DNA from: Strigamia acuminata
Lineage: Eukaryota
Length of the DNA stretch: 64,000 nucleotides
Direction of reading: 5' to 3'
Assembly (NCBI GenBank): GCA_949358305.1
Contig: OX442314.1
Coordinates: forward strand, 29,698,001 to 29,762,000
Part shown: piece after piece, positions 9,439-22,800 of the stretch
Position numbering within the stretch: the stretch's first letter is position 1
Layout: every line of letters starts with the position of its first letter
Translations under genes and position numbers: made by a program
The notes under the pieces: generated by a model
What the model was told of the DNA's origin: nothing
Seen by the model: the letters and a program-made list of their open reading frames with translations, nothing else
Database searches by the model: none

Positions 9439-12400
9439 TTCTGAATTGAATTTTTCTGCTCCTTGAACCTCAGGCATAATTATATTACAGCTAAGGCAAT
9501 AAATGTTGTTAACTATAGGCTTGTCCAATATTATTAAATAAAAACTAGTACTTTAAAGAAAAAATACCAGGGGGAGGGCTTGACCCTTACCCCCGGTCTA
9601 GCCCGAGACCTGATTCCCAGTCCAATTTTACTAGCCAAGCTTTCTGCACGCGTTTTTTCGCGTCCAAGAAAAATTTTGGTTATTTTATAGTTTTTGCTTT
9701 TTTACATCTTCTACCCCCAATTTACGATGGGCCCTACTAAAGTTAGAGGTAAGAAGTCATCTGAAGATGTTTCAAACTCCGAAAAAGCACGGAGAACGCG
9801 TGGTCACCCGACCACCGCTAAGCCTAACTTCACTAAGACACGTGCTGACATTCATCACGAATCCATCGCGCCCTAGAATTTTTAGTTATTTTGAATAATT
9901 TTTGCCCTTTTTCAATACGAATCCTGTATAATCTAGAGGTAGGAAGTCCGTTTTTCTCGTTTCAAGTGCCAAAAGGGTTAGAAAATGCACGTAGCCGCCT
10001 GCGCGCCGTTAGGACTAACGATTTCAACACGTGACGAGATTCATCACGAGCCTATCGCGTCCTCGACCTCGGCCCAGATAAGAACCCTGCTAGTTGGATC
10101 CATCGTCAACATCCCACATTTGTCTTCAAAGAAGCAAATTGAACGAATCAAAGAGGAATTTAACGGTATACGGAATCTGATTGGGGCCGACTTAATCGTC
10201 TCGCACGTTGCGAATAGTCAAATGCCTAACTCCGAAATGGAACTTTCTTCCCAAGCAATTGAAAAGCTTATTTTCATGGCCTTTTCTCAATAACCAGACA
10301 GGTGGGGCTCCTCTTCAGCGGGAGGAGTCTACCGACCAACCAAAAATGTCTCGATCTCGTAGAGACGAGTGGGGTTTGGCTCAGTCTGAGAATCACGTAA
10401 GTTTTGTTTTTTGCTACATGATTTGATTTTGATTGATCACACGTGGTTGCTGACTGGTTGTAGTCAGATGTTTCACTGTTCAAATTTGAATCGTCGGGCT
10501 CCGGCACTTCAGATGATCGAACGAATTTCGTTCAAGAATAACAGTCAACTCGTTCAGTCTCAAATTCACCATCCCATTTGATGATGACTCCGTCCGTTCT
10601 TCAGTCGATTCCAGCGGTCACAATGATGATGCGTCCTTCTGCACGAGTCATCCGCGAAGGAAATGTGTCAAAAAATTTGAGTTAACTGGCTTCAGCTGCC
10701 CTAACTAACAGTTTTAAGGCACATTTTCCTTGCCCAAATCGTCAAGTTCCCTTCTGAAAAGGGGAAATAAGATGGATGAGGACGTGAAAGCCTACGTAGG
10801 AGTGCGTAACAAGCCATCTATTTTCTGCGTGAACGTTTTTTACGTAGATTGAATGGCATAGTTGCTCGCGTGGGCTCAATTTTGGCCAGATTTTCAAACG
10901 TTCAGCACAACAACACACGCCCCTATGAGCAGGGAAGAGCTGTTGTATGCCAACAAAGCAATTTTCAATAGTACGAATATGATGAACGCGATTAGCACTG
11001 AAAGACTTTTTAACGTCGTACAAAGTTTGAGCGCCATAAAGCTGATATGGTGTAGCATATCCGCAACTCAGATAGAGATATCCCTTTTCAAGGGCAATTT
11101 TTTGAACGTTTTCAGTAATTTTTTATTGCTTCAAAAAATTTTTTCACTAACAACTTATTGTTTTTTGTAAATTTAGAGAAATAAGCAGTTCAGTTCGCGT
11201 TAGTAGACCGACCCAGGAACATAAATCCCGCGAAGGGTTTCCGGCATGATAGTCGAACTCGCCGGACTTTTAACCGGTCAACCGATAAGGGGAGACAATT
11301 TTCGCCCATGAACAGAGGAGAGAGAGAACAGGAACGTAGCTTTCGTACACAGCGGAGGTTTTGCCCGTTATAAAGCGGAAAATTTGTCCGCTAGAAAGCA
11401 GAGGCTTTGTCCGCTACAAAACGGGACCTTTTTGCCCGGTTTTCGGATTTTTCTCTCAACAGCGCACATGAGTTGTGGCTGCGAATGTTGCTGCACAACA
11501 AGGAAATGTTCCCGCTTCAAGGCAGAAGTTGAGTTATTTATTTTACCAACAAGCGGAGGCCAAATATTGTCAGTACCCATGAGCTTCAACTAGTTTTTTT
11601 GTGCTACTAAGTTGATAACGAGAATAGTGATCTCATCACCTCAAATGTTTGTTTGTCTTGCAAATATAATAGTCGACATGCTCAACTTTTGTCGCAACTT
11701 GCCATTACCTTGCTGTACCAGTGTTTTGCTTTCATTCTTGCCCGAGACAATCATATTATTTGCGTAGCGCCGTACAACAATCGAGAAACTGTTTTCGTAT
11801 CAAATTTGACTTTTATTTTATTTTATTTTATTTTATTTTATTTTACTTTACACAGTTCAATAAAATTATTTTACACTACTACTGATTAGTGTTAACATTA
11901 TTTTAAAGGTGAGACGAAAGAAATTGGAGGTGAATTTTCTTTTCTCTTAGAAGATGAACTTAAATTGCAAATCTTTTAATGTTTTCTAATGCGAATGCAA
12001 ATAGTCCTTTGAAAAATTCGACCATTCATGTTTGCTTTTTAACAAATGAATTTTGCACGTTTAGAGTTTTCCCACATCCTCAAATATCAGATTAGGCTCT
12101 GGTGTGGAGGAAGACAAAGCTCTTTTACAATATCAATTGAAACTTTTGATTAATGTGAGATTTAACAAGAACTGCATGGCTATTTACAAAATAAACTTTA
12201 TCTTTTTTCTGTGTGTCAGGTTGCTTCATGATGTAGTTTTTTCTGCCAAGTGAGGAGTCACATCCAACATGACCTTTCTCGCATGTTAATTTTCCTTACT
12301 TAATTTGTTAAATTCATGCCGAATTTTCACTTGTTCCTCACTTTATCCTTCTTCTGGAACACCGGTTATTTATCTAGGTAATTCAGAGTTTTTCTTTCCC

Positions 12401-13149
12401 ACCACTAAGTGGTGGTTGATATATATTTTTTACTAACATGACGGCAAAATCTTAGAGAGCCTCACGATTAATATTGCTACATTTTAATTTTTAGGATGAA
12501 AATCTGTTTGTATATTTGTTACTTGTTAGTTGTCAAAATATCGACAACGCACCTCGAGATGTAATTGGAAATTATGTTCATATCAGCTCAGTGTAATAAA
12601 GTGGGCGGAACAACCTACCACATGAACCCGAGGTTCGGGTCCCACTCTCGAGATGTTTCTCTTTCCCAGATTCGAGACGCCGTCTTTTTTCTATTATATA
12701 AAATTTATTTATAAAATATACATAATGCCCTCTCGGAAGACGACGAAAGAAAGGAGGGAGAAGATTTGACCCTCTTTTAAACTATTGCCATCTTTATAAT
12801 CTCAGCATTCCGTACTCTGCAGTGCCAGCTACCTCCTAATCTGAATAAACGTTTTTTCAATTGTCACTGAAGTCAACCGTATATTTATGCCTTCTATTTA
12901 AGCGATTTGTCATCTTTACTTTCCACCTAATTTTTCCCACGCCATACCTCATAAGAAATCAGAGTTGAGTTTGGAAGAATCGTGCTTGGAAGCACATTTT
13001 TATTACGAGGTTCACCATCTAACACATTTGTTAATAATATATACCAAAACTTTGTTAACAAATAAAGGTCCCGCCTATTTTATACTTATGTAATATGGGA
13101 AGATGTAGGTCCTTTTGCATCCACATGATTTTATTCGTCTTGACACAAT

Positions 13150-13265
13150 GTCTTATCTTTTCGGTTTGGTTTTTATTATCATCCTACACACAGGTTTGTA
13201 ATTAAAATAATCCAAGTTTGTAACAACCTGATGACCCTCGATTTGGCATACCTAGATGATTCATC
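13150..13265 (+). pseudogene. Eroded reverse-transcriptase remnant
   Basis: YLFGL followed after a frameshift by ...RFVIKIIQVCNNLMTLDLAYLDD, spaced like the LPFGL...YLDD motifs of DIRS RT. Confidence 0.5.
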
Positions 13266-13734
13266 GGAATGTGTAATATCATTAATGAAACATTAGCCTA
13301 AACTTTTAACGTCTTAACTTGGGAAGAATTACACGGACCACAGATTTAATTTTTAGACACGATAATTGCGAAGAGCATTGTCACGGTCCTGGCCTGGTTA
13401 ATACACACCCCTGAAAATCTAGTTCTTCTAAACCTTTGTTTCTAGTTGAACTTAACGACGTGACATATGAATCTTAAATACCAAAATAGTCGCTCTACCA
13501 GAGTAGCAGTAAATGGGCGTTTACTCCTCGTAAAATATCAAATATCAAACTGAGAATTTTGTTCTTCATAATGGTAACGTGATGTTTCGAGAGATTGAAT
13601 TAGAATTAAGAATGCCTACGTCTTTTAGCCCTCCCCTTGGCAGGGAAAGCTTCCATAACCTTAAACTCGTGTCGACCAAGGTAGTTTTCTCTACCAATTT
13701 GTGTGTTTTTTCCCCTTCTAGGGAGGAGAAAATC

Positions 13735-13900
13735 ATCTTTATCCACTCCTTTCGTTCTACCTTATTTTGAGGACAAGGAATTATGTCCAGTCCCGGGCAC
13801 AATAATTCTTATATCTTCCGAGCGGCGGATTGGTCCTCTGCTTCGGTCTTTTATAAGTTTTATAATCACCCAGTCGAAAAGATTTTGAGTGATTTTATCT
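13735..13900 (+). pseudogene. Tyrosine recombinase C-terminal remnant
   Basis: IHSFRST...(in-frame TGA at 13768)...IFRAADWSSASVFYKFYNHPV, matching the HSxR and W-S-x(3)-F-x(3)-Y catalytic end of DIRS recombinases, just upstream of the ICR. Confidence 0.7.
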
Positions 13901-13924
13901 TAGTGGTTAGTGGAGGCTACAAAG

Positions 13925-14030
13925 AGCCTATAGTTAACAACATTTATTGCCTTAGCTGTAATATAATTGAATATTTTGCTAAGTTATGACGCAAAATATG
14001 AATTATATAAAGAGGCAATAAATGTTGTTA
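13925..14030. repeat. DIRS internal complementary region (ICR)
   Basis: 13925-13968 is the reverse complement of 9478-9521 and 13965-14030 is the reverse complement of 14339-14404; together they reproduce the circle junction. Confidence 0.92.
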
Positions 14031-14693
14031 TTTCCCACCCTTCTGTTTGTTTTCTATGCTTCCTTGTTGAAAGTTTTTTGCCACCCTTACAACATTTATT
14101 TATTTTATTTTATTGAATTTTTAGATCGCCAATAAGTCGATCCGTCATGCCTTTTCGATGCTTTTTCAGTAAATAAAGTTTTATTTCTGAATTCCTGTGG
14201 TTTTTATTTCTCAGTTCCTTAAAATTGGACTAGGAATCAGGTCTCGGGCTAGACCGGGGGTAAGGGTCAAGCCCTCCCCCTGGTATTTTTTCTTTAAAGT
14301 ACTAGTTTTTATTTAATAATATTGGACAAGCCTATAGTTAACAACATTTATTGCCTCTTTATATAATTCATATTTTGCGTCATAACTTAGCAAAATATTC
14401 AATTTTTAAGGTGACTTTGCTGCATTGGTGGAGTGCTTCAGTCAACAGCTTTCGGCTTTTACCAGTAGTGTTTAAAATCATCACCAGATGGTCCAAACTT
14501 TTTTGTTATTATTGCTTACATATTGCAAACTAACAACAAACTAAATAGCGCTTTAACCAATCGACTTGAAAATTGTTCATAAATGCGTAATGCTTATACC
14601 AAAATAGGTACATTTTACTCTTATGCCTCCGAGAGTTATTTGTATTTGGATATGAAAAATATTCTATTCTTTTTCGATTAGTTGTGTGTTTAA

Positions 14694-15077
14694 CCCTCTC
14701 AGACCCAACTTAAAAAAATCCCTTACTCACCCAACCCGGGCCATTTTTGACCCCAAGCTGAAAATTTTTTTCCAAAAATGAGTGAAAATGATTTTATTCT
14801 CTGAGTATTTCATGTTTCTGAAGAAATTTAAGCAATTTGGTATTTGTCAAAAGAGAGCGACAAAAATAATTGACATTGCATTCAAAAGTAGTGAGTAAAC
14901 AAAGGAATTTTGTGAAATTTTTTTTTGCGATTTTTAAATCTATTATTTTTTTTATTGTTTGTTATGATGTTAAATGAAAATACTTGAAATTTCAGAATAA
15001 AAATCCCAATAGTTTTTGAGAAAAAAATAAAAACACTTTTGGAGGTCAAAATTTATGTTAGAATGAGGTGGGGAGGG
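14694..15077. mobile_element. Possible piggyBac-like MITE
   Basis: TTAA|CCCTCTC at left and GGGAGGG|TTAA at right; TIR short and imperfect. Confidence 0.4.
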
Positions 15078-15375
15078 TTAAGCAGAATGCGGGTATATTG
15101 CGGCTTTGACTAGACTGCCGGAATATCCTGTTTTTACCGGCATGTTGTTATTTCTTACGAATTTTTTTCAACGAGTAATTAAGCAAAACAGGCGTAAAAA
15201 GCGTTTGTGATTTTCCCATTTTACGTCATTTCCGGTGTTCTAAAGGAAGAAAAGGAAAGATTCGTCTTTCCTTTTGCAAATTGAACGCATCTAATGAGAT
15301 TTTTCTAAAAGTTTGTTGGAGTTGAGACCTATTTGCTGAATTTGCAAGTCTGAAGACCTACTAAGATTTGCTGAA

Positions 15376-15861
15376 TTATTTGCTCAGTGATGTGATTATC
15401 AACAGTATTTGATCTGGATTAATGTTGAAATTGTAATGGCGCTTCACCAATAGTGAGATGTGGTATCTTATCCTCTTTAGACATCTGAAAAGCAAACTAA
15501 ACTTGAATTTCTTTGAGCTGATAATGTTTTTCTAATCGGCAATAAGTCTTACGTGGAAAGATATCCTTCTTCCCAGTTGGCAGTTGTCACCTGATTGACT
15601 GAAACAACTTCAACCTTGCCAGGTTGATTTTGCTGAGCATACCAAGCAGAAGCAAGTTTCAAGAATCCAAGATAGTCAACACGATGGAATCGATAATCAA
15701 TTGTCAGCTGAAAAGTCGGAAACATTTCCATCTGTTCAGAAATAACACACAGACTTCTTATTTATCAACAATTTAAATGCACTATTCAAATAGCAAGTGC
15801 TCACTACTGCTTTTTCATCTTCAATATTGCTGCTAATTTTTTGAAACTTTTTCTTGGGCAT
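15376..15861 (-). CDS. Putative 3-exon mini-gene, 114 aa, unknown product (exons 15861-15805, 15731-15553, 15484-15376)
   Basis: ATG; donors GTGAGC and GTAAGA; acceptors TTTCTGAACAG and TTGCTTTTCAG; introns of 73 and 68 nt with compatible phases; open to TAA. Confidence 0.4.
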
Positions 15862-17191
15862 TTTGAATATCTCGAGAATGAAAGCTCGGATCATCAAAAC
15901 CAAAGAGCAAAACACTGAAAAACGTGAAATTGTACGTGCAAAACACTGAAAACAATGAAAAACCAACTGCATATATGGCGTCGCTATTTCGTAACGTCTC
16001 TTATACGTGCGACGGACTTCCACGGCGTCGTTCTTATGTGCGACGCACTTCCACTGCATCGCTCTTATGAGGCGTCGCTAATTTCAGCGACGCTAAAACG
16101 AAGCGAAATTGAGCTTCAAAAGAGCGACGTCGCTATTCTGGTGTTTTCTGGAAAATTCTGCACCAGAAATGATAATGAAACAACACTGCCCACAACTAAT
16201 GATTAATGTATATCATATACTGTATATTGTCAAGGGGGGGGCAGCACCCCCCCCTTGACCCTCCTCTCGCTGCAAACCTCACCTTAACTGTTTTTTTTTA
16301 ATGTGATGGGGAATTGGGCACTTATTTAGTCACGGTATGGTTAGCACGCATTAGTCATTCATGGTTTGTGTCTGTAATTTCATTGGTCCGGAGCCTCCTA
16401 TCGCCAGTTTAAGTTGTCGAGAAACTCTGGATTTTGTAGGCAGATAGTTTGTTGGATTGTGGGACATCCCTTGTGCACATGTATGTATGTGCACAAGTCA
16501 CTTCTACGAAGCAGAGGGAGAAAGCAACTGTTCACTTGTATTAAAGTGACTTACGAAGTCATGAAGAAAATTTCACCACCGCCGCCTTCTATGGGGTTTT
16601 TAAAGACGCTAAGTCACTCGTCTTCTTAGGGTTGAATGCACCTAATGAAAAAATTGTGAAACGAAAGCAGAAAATTAATTATATATTCTAAAGCTTAAAA
16701 TTTGACAAATCACGACGCTCTAACTTGCCAGCTTTGTGTTTTGAGCCTAAAGAAATCTGCATAATAGGGAACAAAATTGGCAATTTTCTTTTAACAGTTT
16801 TTTAACTAAATCAGATTAAAATATTGTGTCAACAGATACTAGATTTGTGAGATGAGTTGAAGAGAGCAGTGTGATAGCACTTGGTGGCTGCAGACAGAAT
16901 CGATTCACAGAGGTGACATGTAAATACTGATGTAAGATATCGGCAGTGGATCGGTTACACATCAAAAGAGTCAGCACAAAGACAAATATTGAACCGCCAA
17001 CAGGATAGAACAAAAGACAACTTTATTCCTGTCACACAACTATTGGTGTTGCTGCATTTGCTGGATGATTTACTTTGGAAAATATTGGAGATGTTGTTTG
17101 GAATGTCATCACCAGTTAACATTCCACTTAATTTGCATATACGTTAATAAAAGAATAAATCTTACTTTCTTTTTGACCTTACAATCAAGTA

Positions 17192-17402
17192 CAGTTGTGG
17201 ACAAAAAAATCTTTTCTTCTGTTTAGCTGTTTTAAGCTTATTTAGCATTATTTGCTCGGTCTATCTTTTACTACTGTTGTTAGAGTAAGACGAGAGACCT
17301 CGTCAAGATTGATGTCATTGAATCTCAATGGATTTTTATGCCACCTGGTAGATAAACTGAAAACAGCTAAACTGAAGGGAAGTTTTTTTTTGTCCACGAC
17401 TG
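17192..17402. mobile_element. Tc1/mariner-type MITE
   Basis: TA|CAGTTGTGGACAAAAAAA ... TTTTTTTGTCCACGACTG|TA with ~50-bp imperfect TIRs. Confidence 0.75.
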
Positions 17403-19007
17403 TACATGTCTCCAATTTTTGTCTCGGCGCAATTTAACTCGAAATTGCCAATCCACATATCCTACTTACCACCCAACAGTCCTACAACCCAGCGCTTTTT
17501 AACAGTTGGTGCACGCACCCCCTGGGGAGTGCAAGATAGGTTTTCTGGGAGTGCGAGGCCACTTTAGAAAAATGTTTTTCCTATTTATTTTTTTTGCTGA
17601 AAATTAGTGATTTTGTTTATATCATACTGAACCTTAACTCAGGTGAAATTTTAAGTCATTGGTCATTTATTTAATTAATTATGCTAAATGCAAATTTTCT
17701 GCCCCTTAAAACTCTAAAAAACTATTATGCTGGCTTTGCTGCCTAAGAAAGAGTGCTTCAGTTAACAGCTTTTCGCATTTACCAGTAGTGTTTAAACCAA
17801 CCACTAGTTGGTAAAAAATATATATATATTTTTACTGTTCATAACTAGCGCCCTCTGTAACATTAGTTGCGAACTTTCAAAAATCAAAACGGCGCTTTAA
17901 CTAATTGGCCTGAAAATTGTCCATAAATCCATAATGCCTTATACCAGAACGGCACATTTTACCCTTTTGCCTCTGAGGGTTAAATTGGCGTGTTTGGTTG
18001 GTTGGCCATAGAACACTATGTTAATAAATTTCGTTATAACGACAAAAATGGAATTTAGTGTTTGAATTTGATAACACGAGAAGCCGATATTATTCTTACT
18101 AGTACTTTTCTTAATTGTGGTTAAAAATGAATTGGAAATTTACAATTTATTTGCAGAAAGAAAGTTTAAAAAAGAAATTTTGCTTTGAGAATTTATAATG
18201 GAGGGCGTGGGAATTAGATTTGACCGCTGATTTATTGGCAGCTATCGATCAGCGTCAAAATGAGCTAGCGGACAGTGTTCTTGATCCTGAGACGACCTCT
18301 TGTGTGCTGTGACCACTGGTCAATAGGTTGGCATGGTGGTCTGAATTTAGAAGAGATTTAAAAAAAATGTTACTGACTTTTGTGCTTGATCCAGATTTAT
18401 GTTCAGGTCAGTGGTAAACACATATTTGGGTAATAGATAATTTTGATTTGCTGCAAGTTTTGTGGTTTTGCTGTTGTTTTTGGTCTAGTGTATTTGAGTA
18501 TTTGTTATTTGAATTAAATATTTATAGTAAGGTTTAGCTCAATTTGAGGTTTATTGGCTTAGTGGAACGTTTGTTGTTTATATTTAATCATTCGACGAGC
18601 ATGGGAATAACATACGTAAGGAGTAAGGGTTGAAATCAATTTCCTTCAATGACTTATTAATTAGTTTGTCTTAAATAACAAGGGGAAGGTACTAATAACA
18701 TATTCACCAATTTTAATATTAATTATGTGAGATAACAATTACAAGTAGTTCTTTAACCATTTCAAAGCATTTTGCTCCATAAGCTAGAGTTAACTAACAA
18801 TGGCATTGTCAAAGTAGAACTTTATTGGCTGAGGGAGTTTATTTTTAATACAAATAGGCTGAGTAAAAAGGTCAAGTGTATCACTACACTTGGTGATTAG
18901 CCTGTTCAAATTTTACTCTGGAATCCAAGTAATTTGATATCACATGACATATGACATCACAACTTTGTTCACCAACATGACTGCCTGCAAGAAGGCAACA
19001 ATAGTTT

Positions 19008-19079
19008 GTAGTGGTGGCCCAGTGGTTAAGGCAATGGACTAGGAATCTTTTCACACAGGGTCAAATCCTGTTGTCTGTG
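19008..19079 (+). pseudogene. Degenerate tRNA-Ser(AGA)-derived sequence
   Basis: GTAGTGGTGGCCCAGTGGTTAAGGCAATGGACTAGGAATC...GGGTCAAATCCTG resembles metazoan tRNA-Ser; variable arm deleted and stems mismatched. Confidence 0.6.
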
Positions 19080-22000
19080 AAGATTTTTACTTTTATTTTT
19101 TATTTATTTTTAGCAGTAATTTTAATGTTTGTTATTTTATATTTGTTAAAAAATTAAAATTAATTGGTTATAATTTTCTAAAAACAAATATAAAATTACA
19201 AACATTTAAATTACGGCTAAAAATAAATAAAACATACTACAGGAGATCGGCAGAGAATATTGCCGTCGACCTATTGGACGTTGCTAAAAAGTCCAAATTT
19301 TGGAGTTTTTCCACAATCTGATTGTTGATAAAGGGAACAAATACACATTCTTTGGGCACCCTGATGTTACGAGCTCTTCGGCACCGCTAGCGCCTAACTC
19401 TCCCTCATCCAGTTATACCACTGCTGTCAGTAGGTTGACGTGCATTAGATCGACAAGCATAACTGTCAATTGATTGATCTGATGGAAACATGAGACTGGA
19501 CCCTTGCGGTTGCAATAGAATCTGAATTAATTTTCATATCTCTGGTGGGCAAACTTAGTTAAAATCACTGATCTGATGAAAAGTTTTTATATTAATTTAT
19601 TTCAATGAGTGTACAGATTAATTAATTAATTAATGTAAACTAGATAACTTGACCTTTAGCTCACTAATTTAATCACACATGGGAATGTACATTTCCATAT
19701 TGATCAGTCGCTTAACGATTCGTCTGTAGTCCGTGCCGAGTCATAACTCGAGATCCATTTGGAATTTGCCTCCACTCGATTCCACCTTCCAGAGAGGCTT
19801 AACTGCTGGACAGATGATTGACCTGGCAATGAAGCTGCCATTGCAGCTGGTAATTCATTCTCATCTTTTGTGGATTTGCGTAAAAAGATAAACGGAATGG
19901 ATAGCCAAAACAACGATAAACTATAACCAAAAATTGTTTAACAAAAATTAAAATAAATAAAACTACAATTAATTTTGATTTTTATAATAAATTAGCAGTT
20001 TTCTGTGGGATATTCTGCAAATTATTATTTTCTGCACCAACTTTATGCCATTTTCTTAAGTTATAGGCAAATTCTTTTCTTTTTGCCATCTGTCGGCAGA
20101 TTTTTCTTACCACTTAGGCCTACTTCAGTTCTTTTGTTGAGTTTGCTCTATCCAGTGTTGATAAAATGCTTCATTTGCATTGTTAATGTACACAGACAAA
20201 TGTGAGATTTTGATTTTAATCAAGAGACTTAATTAAGAGACTTCAAATTATTTTGACTTGGTTTTCATTAACAATATTAACCACAGAGAAAAGTGCCGGA
20301 TCATCACACAAATATCAATGAAGGGATTGCGCATTGTTCGAACCCTGCAGACGAGCCACTTTTGCAGCATAAGGGGGTTTCCAGAAGTCAGGTGATCAAC
20401 AAGAGACAATCGAATTGTTGCCCCAAGTGGCTTTATTACATAGATTCAAAATGGCTGCCAAAAAGGTTTGATAGAGGGAAGATGTACTTCAAATTGTTAG
20501 TGTTCTAGGTTTTTATCCAGGTGCTTATAGTGACTCTTTAATAAGTTTTTAGAGAGAAAAAAGTTTTGGCTGCACCATGAATTTAATCAAAAAATTGATT
20601 TTTGATTTTGTTAGTGGAATTGAGTTTATAGAATTTCATTATTGTATGGGCAGATAAAAAGGAACTTTGAAAGGTCAATATATCAATTTAAATTCACACG
20701 CTCTGGCTGTTTTGGCTCCAAGTGGCCATTCAATTGTCTTAAGTGTTTCAAGGCAGCTGTGGCTGTGTCTTTACAAGGTAAAAGCAGCTCTTAAACTTTT
20801 ACTTGACACCATAAACTTGAAAACATGTAATTCTTAGCCATACATATGTTTAAAAATGACTTTTCCTTTTTATTGTGCCATTTCTTCCATATTTCTTTTT
20901 TATAGTGTAGGGATTGCAGTGAAGCCTGTTTTATTTTCTCATTTTTTTTTTATTTTTGTTTACTTTTTTTTTACTGTTAACTGATTTTGAAAAAATAAAA
21001 AAACCAATGTTTGGTTTCCATCGGAAACCAATCAAGCGTTTCAGGTGACATTTGCTAACAAGGAGACCGCAGGGGTGTGTAATCCACAATTGTTGAAATT
21101 TTTTTAAAATAAAGTACCGTACTTCATTTAAACGCCCGGGCGTTTAAATTTTTTTTTGGGCCTACAGCCAGGCGGTAATTTGATACCAGGCGTTTATTCT
21201 AGCCAGGCGTTTAACCAGAAAAATAGTCAACAATAAGTTATCGAAAAAACAAAGTAGCAGAAAAATATTTTTTTTTGGAAATAAATTTTTATTATTATAT
21301 TTTGCAATTATCTACACATCCCATTGAGCTAATACTGTAAGTGATCAGAAACAGCGAAGGCACCCGGATTGGAAGTACCAACAATTGCAGCAGCGTCACT
21401 TCAGGAAACGTTATGGATATGTAATTGGCCATTTCCGCGTTTACCCGGCGCCAATTTGAAACCCGGCGTTAATACGAGGCCAGCGTCTATAAACTACTTT
21501 GTGTAAACTTGATGTAAACTTGATAATTGAAAGCAAATTACAATTTGTTTTCTATCTCTACTAATTATTTAGATTTTCTAAACTTGAAATATATTCTTGA
21601 AACTTTAAAGATTGTAATCAGATTACACTATCGTGTGAATTTTTTTTTAAAAAAATTTGTTCTTTATGGATTGAATTAGAATATAAAATGTGTGTGAGTT
21701 TATACATAATTTACACACTTGTCTAAATGTAAAATTTAACTTAAAAAACAAAAAAGTTTAAATGACTATGTATGCGCCCACTGTGCAAGTTCAGTGCCAT
21801 TTTCTGCAGGATAACTTGTGTAAACATATGTAAAATGGACCAAGGACAAATTTAACCTCTGCTATAGGACATTTAAACAACATGTTTAACAACATTTGTG
21901 CTTCACATTCCTTGTCCAACCTAGAGGTTATATATACCATTCATCATTTTTGTTGTATCCATTGTCTGTTAATCAATGGTTTGTCATCAATGGTCTTTCA

Positions 22001-22538
22001 TCTGCAATAACCAAGCAGGTGCTGTGAAGCATTAATTGATGACAGAGAAAAGTGTGCTGCTACATCATGCGGATAAGATCGGAGTTTATCTTTATTTCCC
22101 TAGTTGCCATGGAGTAAATATCCCGTGTCAGTTGGAGGGTGTTAAGTTGCTAGAGCAGACTTTAACCTAATATTCACTGGCTGCTAAGATATACATCCGT
22201 CGCTAGGTGATTCTACCTTAATTGGACAAGCAAGCAAAAGATTCTACAACGACATCTCAGTCTTTTGCAGCATCATAACCAGCTTATGGTTCAAAAATAT
22301 TTTTTACAGTGTATTGCTCTTCTCTTAATGCATTCCAAAATACTTGTATACCGCATTTTGCAGAATTAAGTCCCATTTATATATTAAGTAATGCATTGAA
22401 AAATGCACTTTCAAAATGCATTCATGTTTGACAAATAATAGTAGTGGGAACGTATTTCATAATATATTTTAATAAATTGTTTGGAATTAAACAATAATTA
22501 CATTTTATATTGATTTTTTGCAAACTTAAGTAAAATTT

Positions 22539-22800
22539 TGTGCAAAATTATATAAAAATTTGTGCAAAATTATATAAAAATTTGTGCAAAATTATATAAA
22601 AATTTGTGCAAAATTATATAAAAATTTGTGCAAAATTATATAAAAATTTGTGCAAAATTATATAAAAATTTGTGCAAAATTATATAAAATTTTGTGCAAA
22701 ATTATATAAAAATTTGTGTAAAATTATATAAAATTTGTGCAAAATTATATAAAAATTTCTGTAAAATTATATAAAATTTTATGCAAAATTATATACAAAT
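22539..22800. repeat. 22-bp minisatellite (TGTGCAAAATTATATAAAAATT) x ~12
   Basis: Direct inspection; followed by a hAT-like end GGGAACCCCTG at ~22911-22921. Confidence 0.9.

Larger units (their letters stand above)
9478..14404 (+). mobile_element. DIRS1-like tyrosine-recombinase retrotransposon, coding-degenerate
   Basis: 137-bp ITRs 9494-9630 / 14220-14356 (one mismatch seen); ICR 13925-14030 complementary to both outer termini; AATT shared by both ends and the ICR junction; YLDD and recombinase C-terminal remnants. Confidence 0.92.
9089..14635. mobile_element. piggyBac-like MITE (TTAA-CCC... ends) split by later insertions
   Basis: Left TTAA|CCCTTGGGAGGCATAAG; right CTTATGCCTCCGAGAG|TTAT. 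The right part 14425-14635 is homologous to 17750-17979, which ends GAGGG|TTAA. Confidence 0.55.

Noticed and set aside
19008..19079. Functional tRNA-Ser gene
   Set aside because: Acceptor and anticodon stems are mismatched and the variable arm is missing; kept only as a relic.
19704..19913. Minus-strand 69-aa ORF as a terminal exon
   Set aside because: The pyrimidine tract ends in ACG rather than AG, and no homology was recognised.
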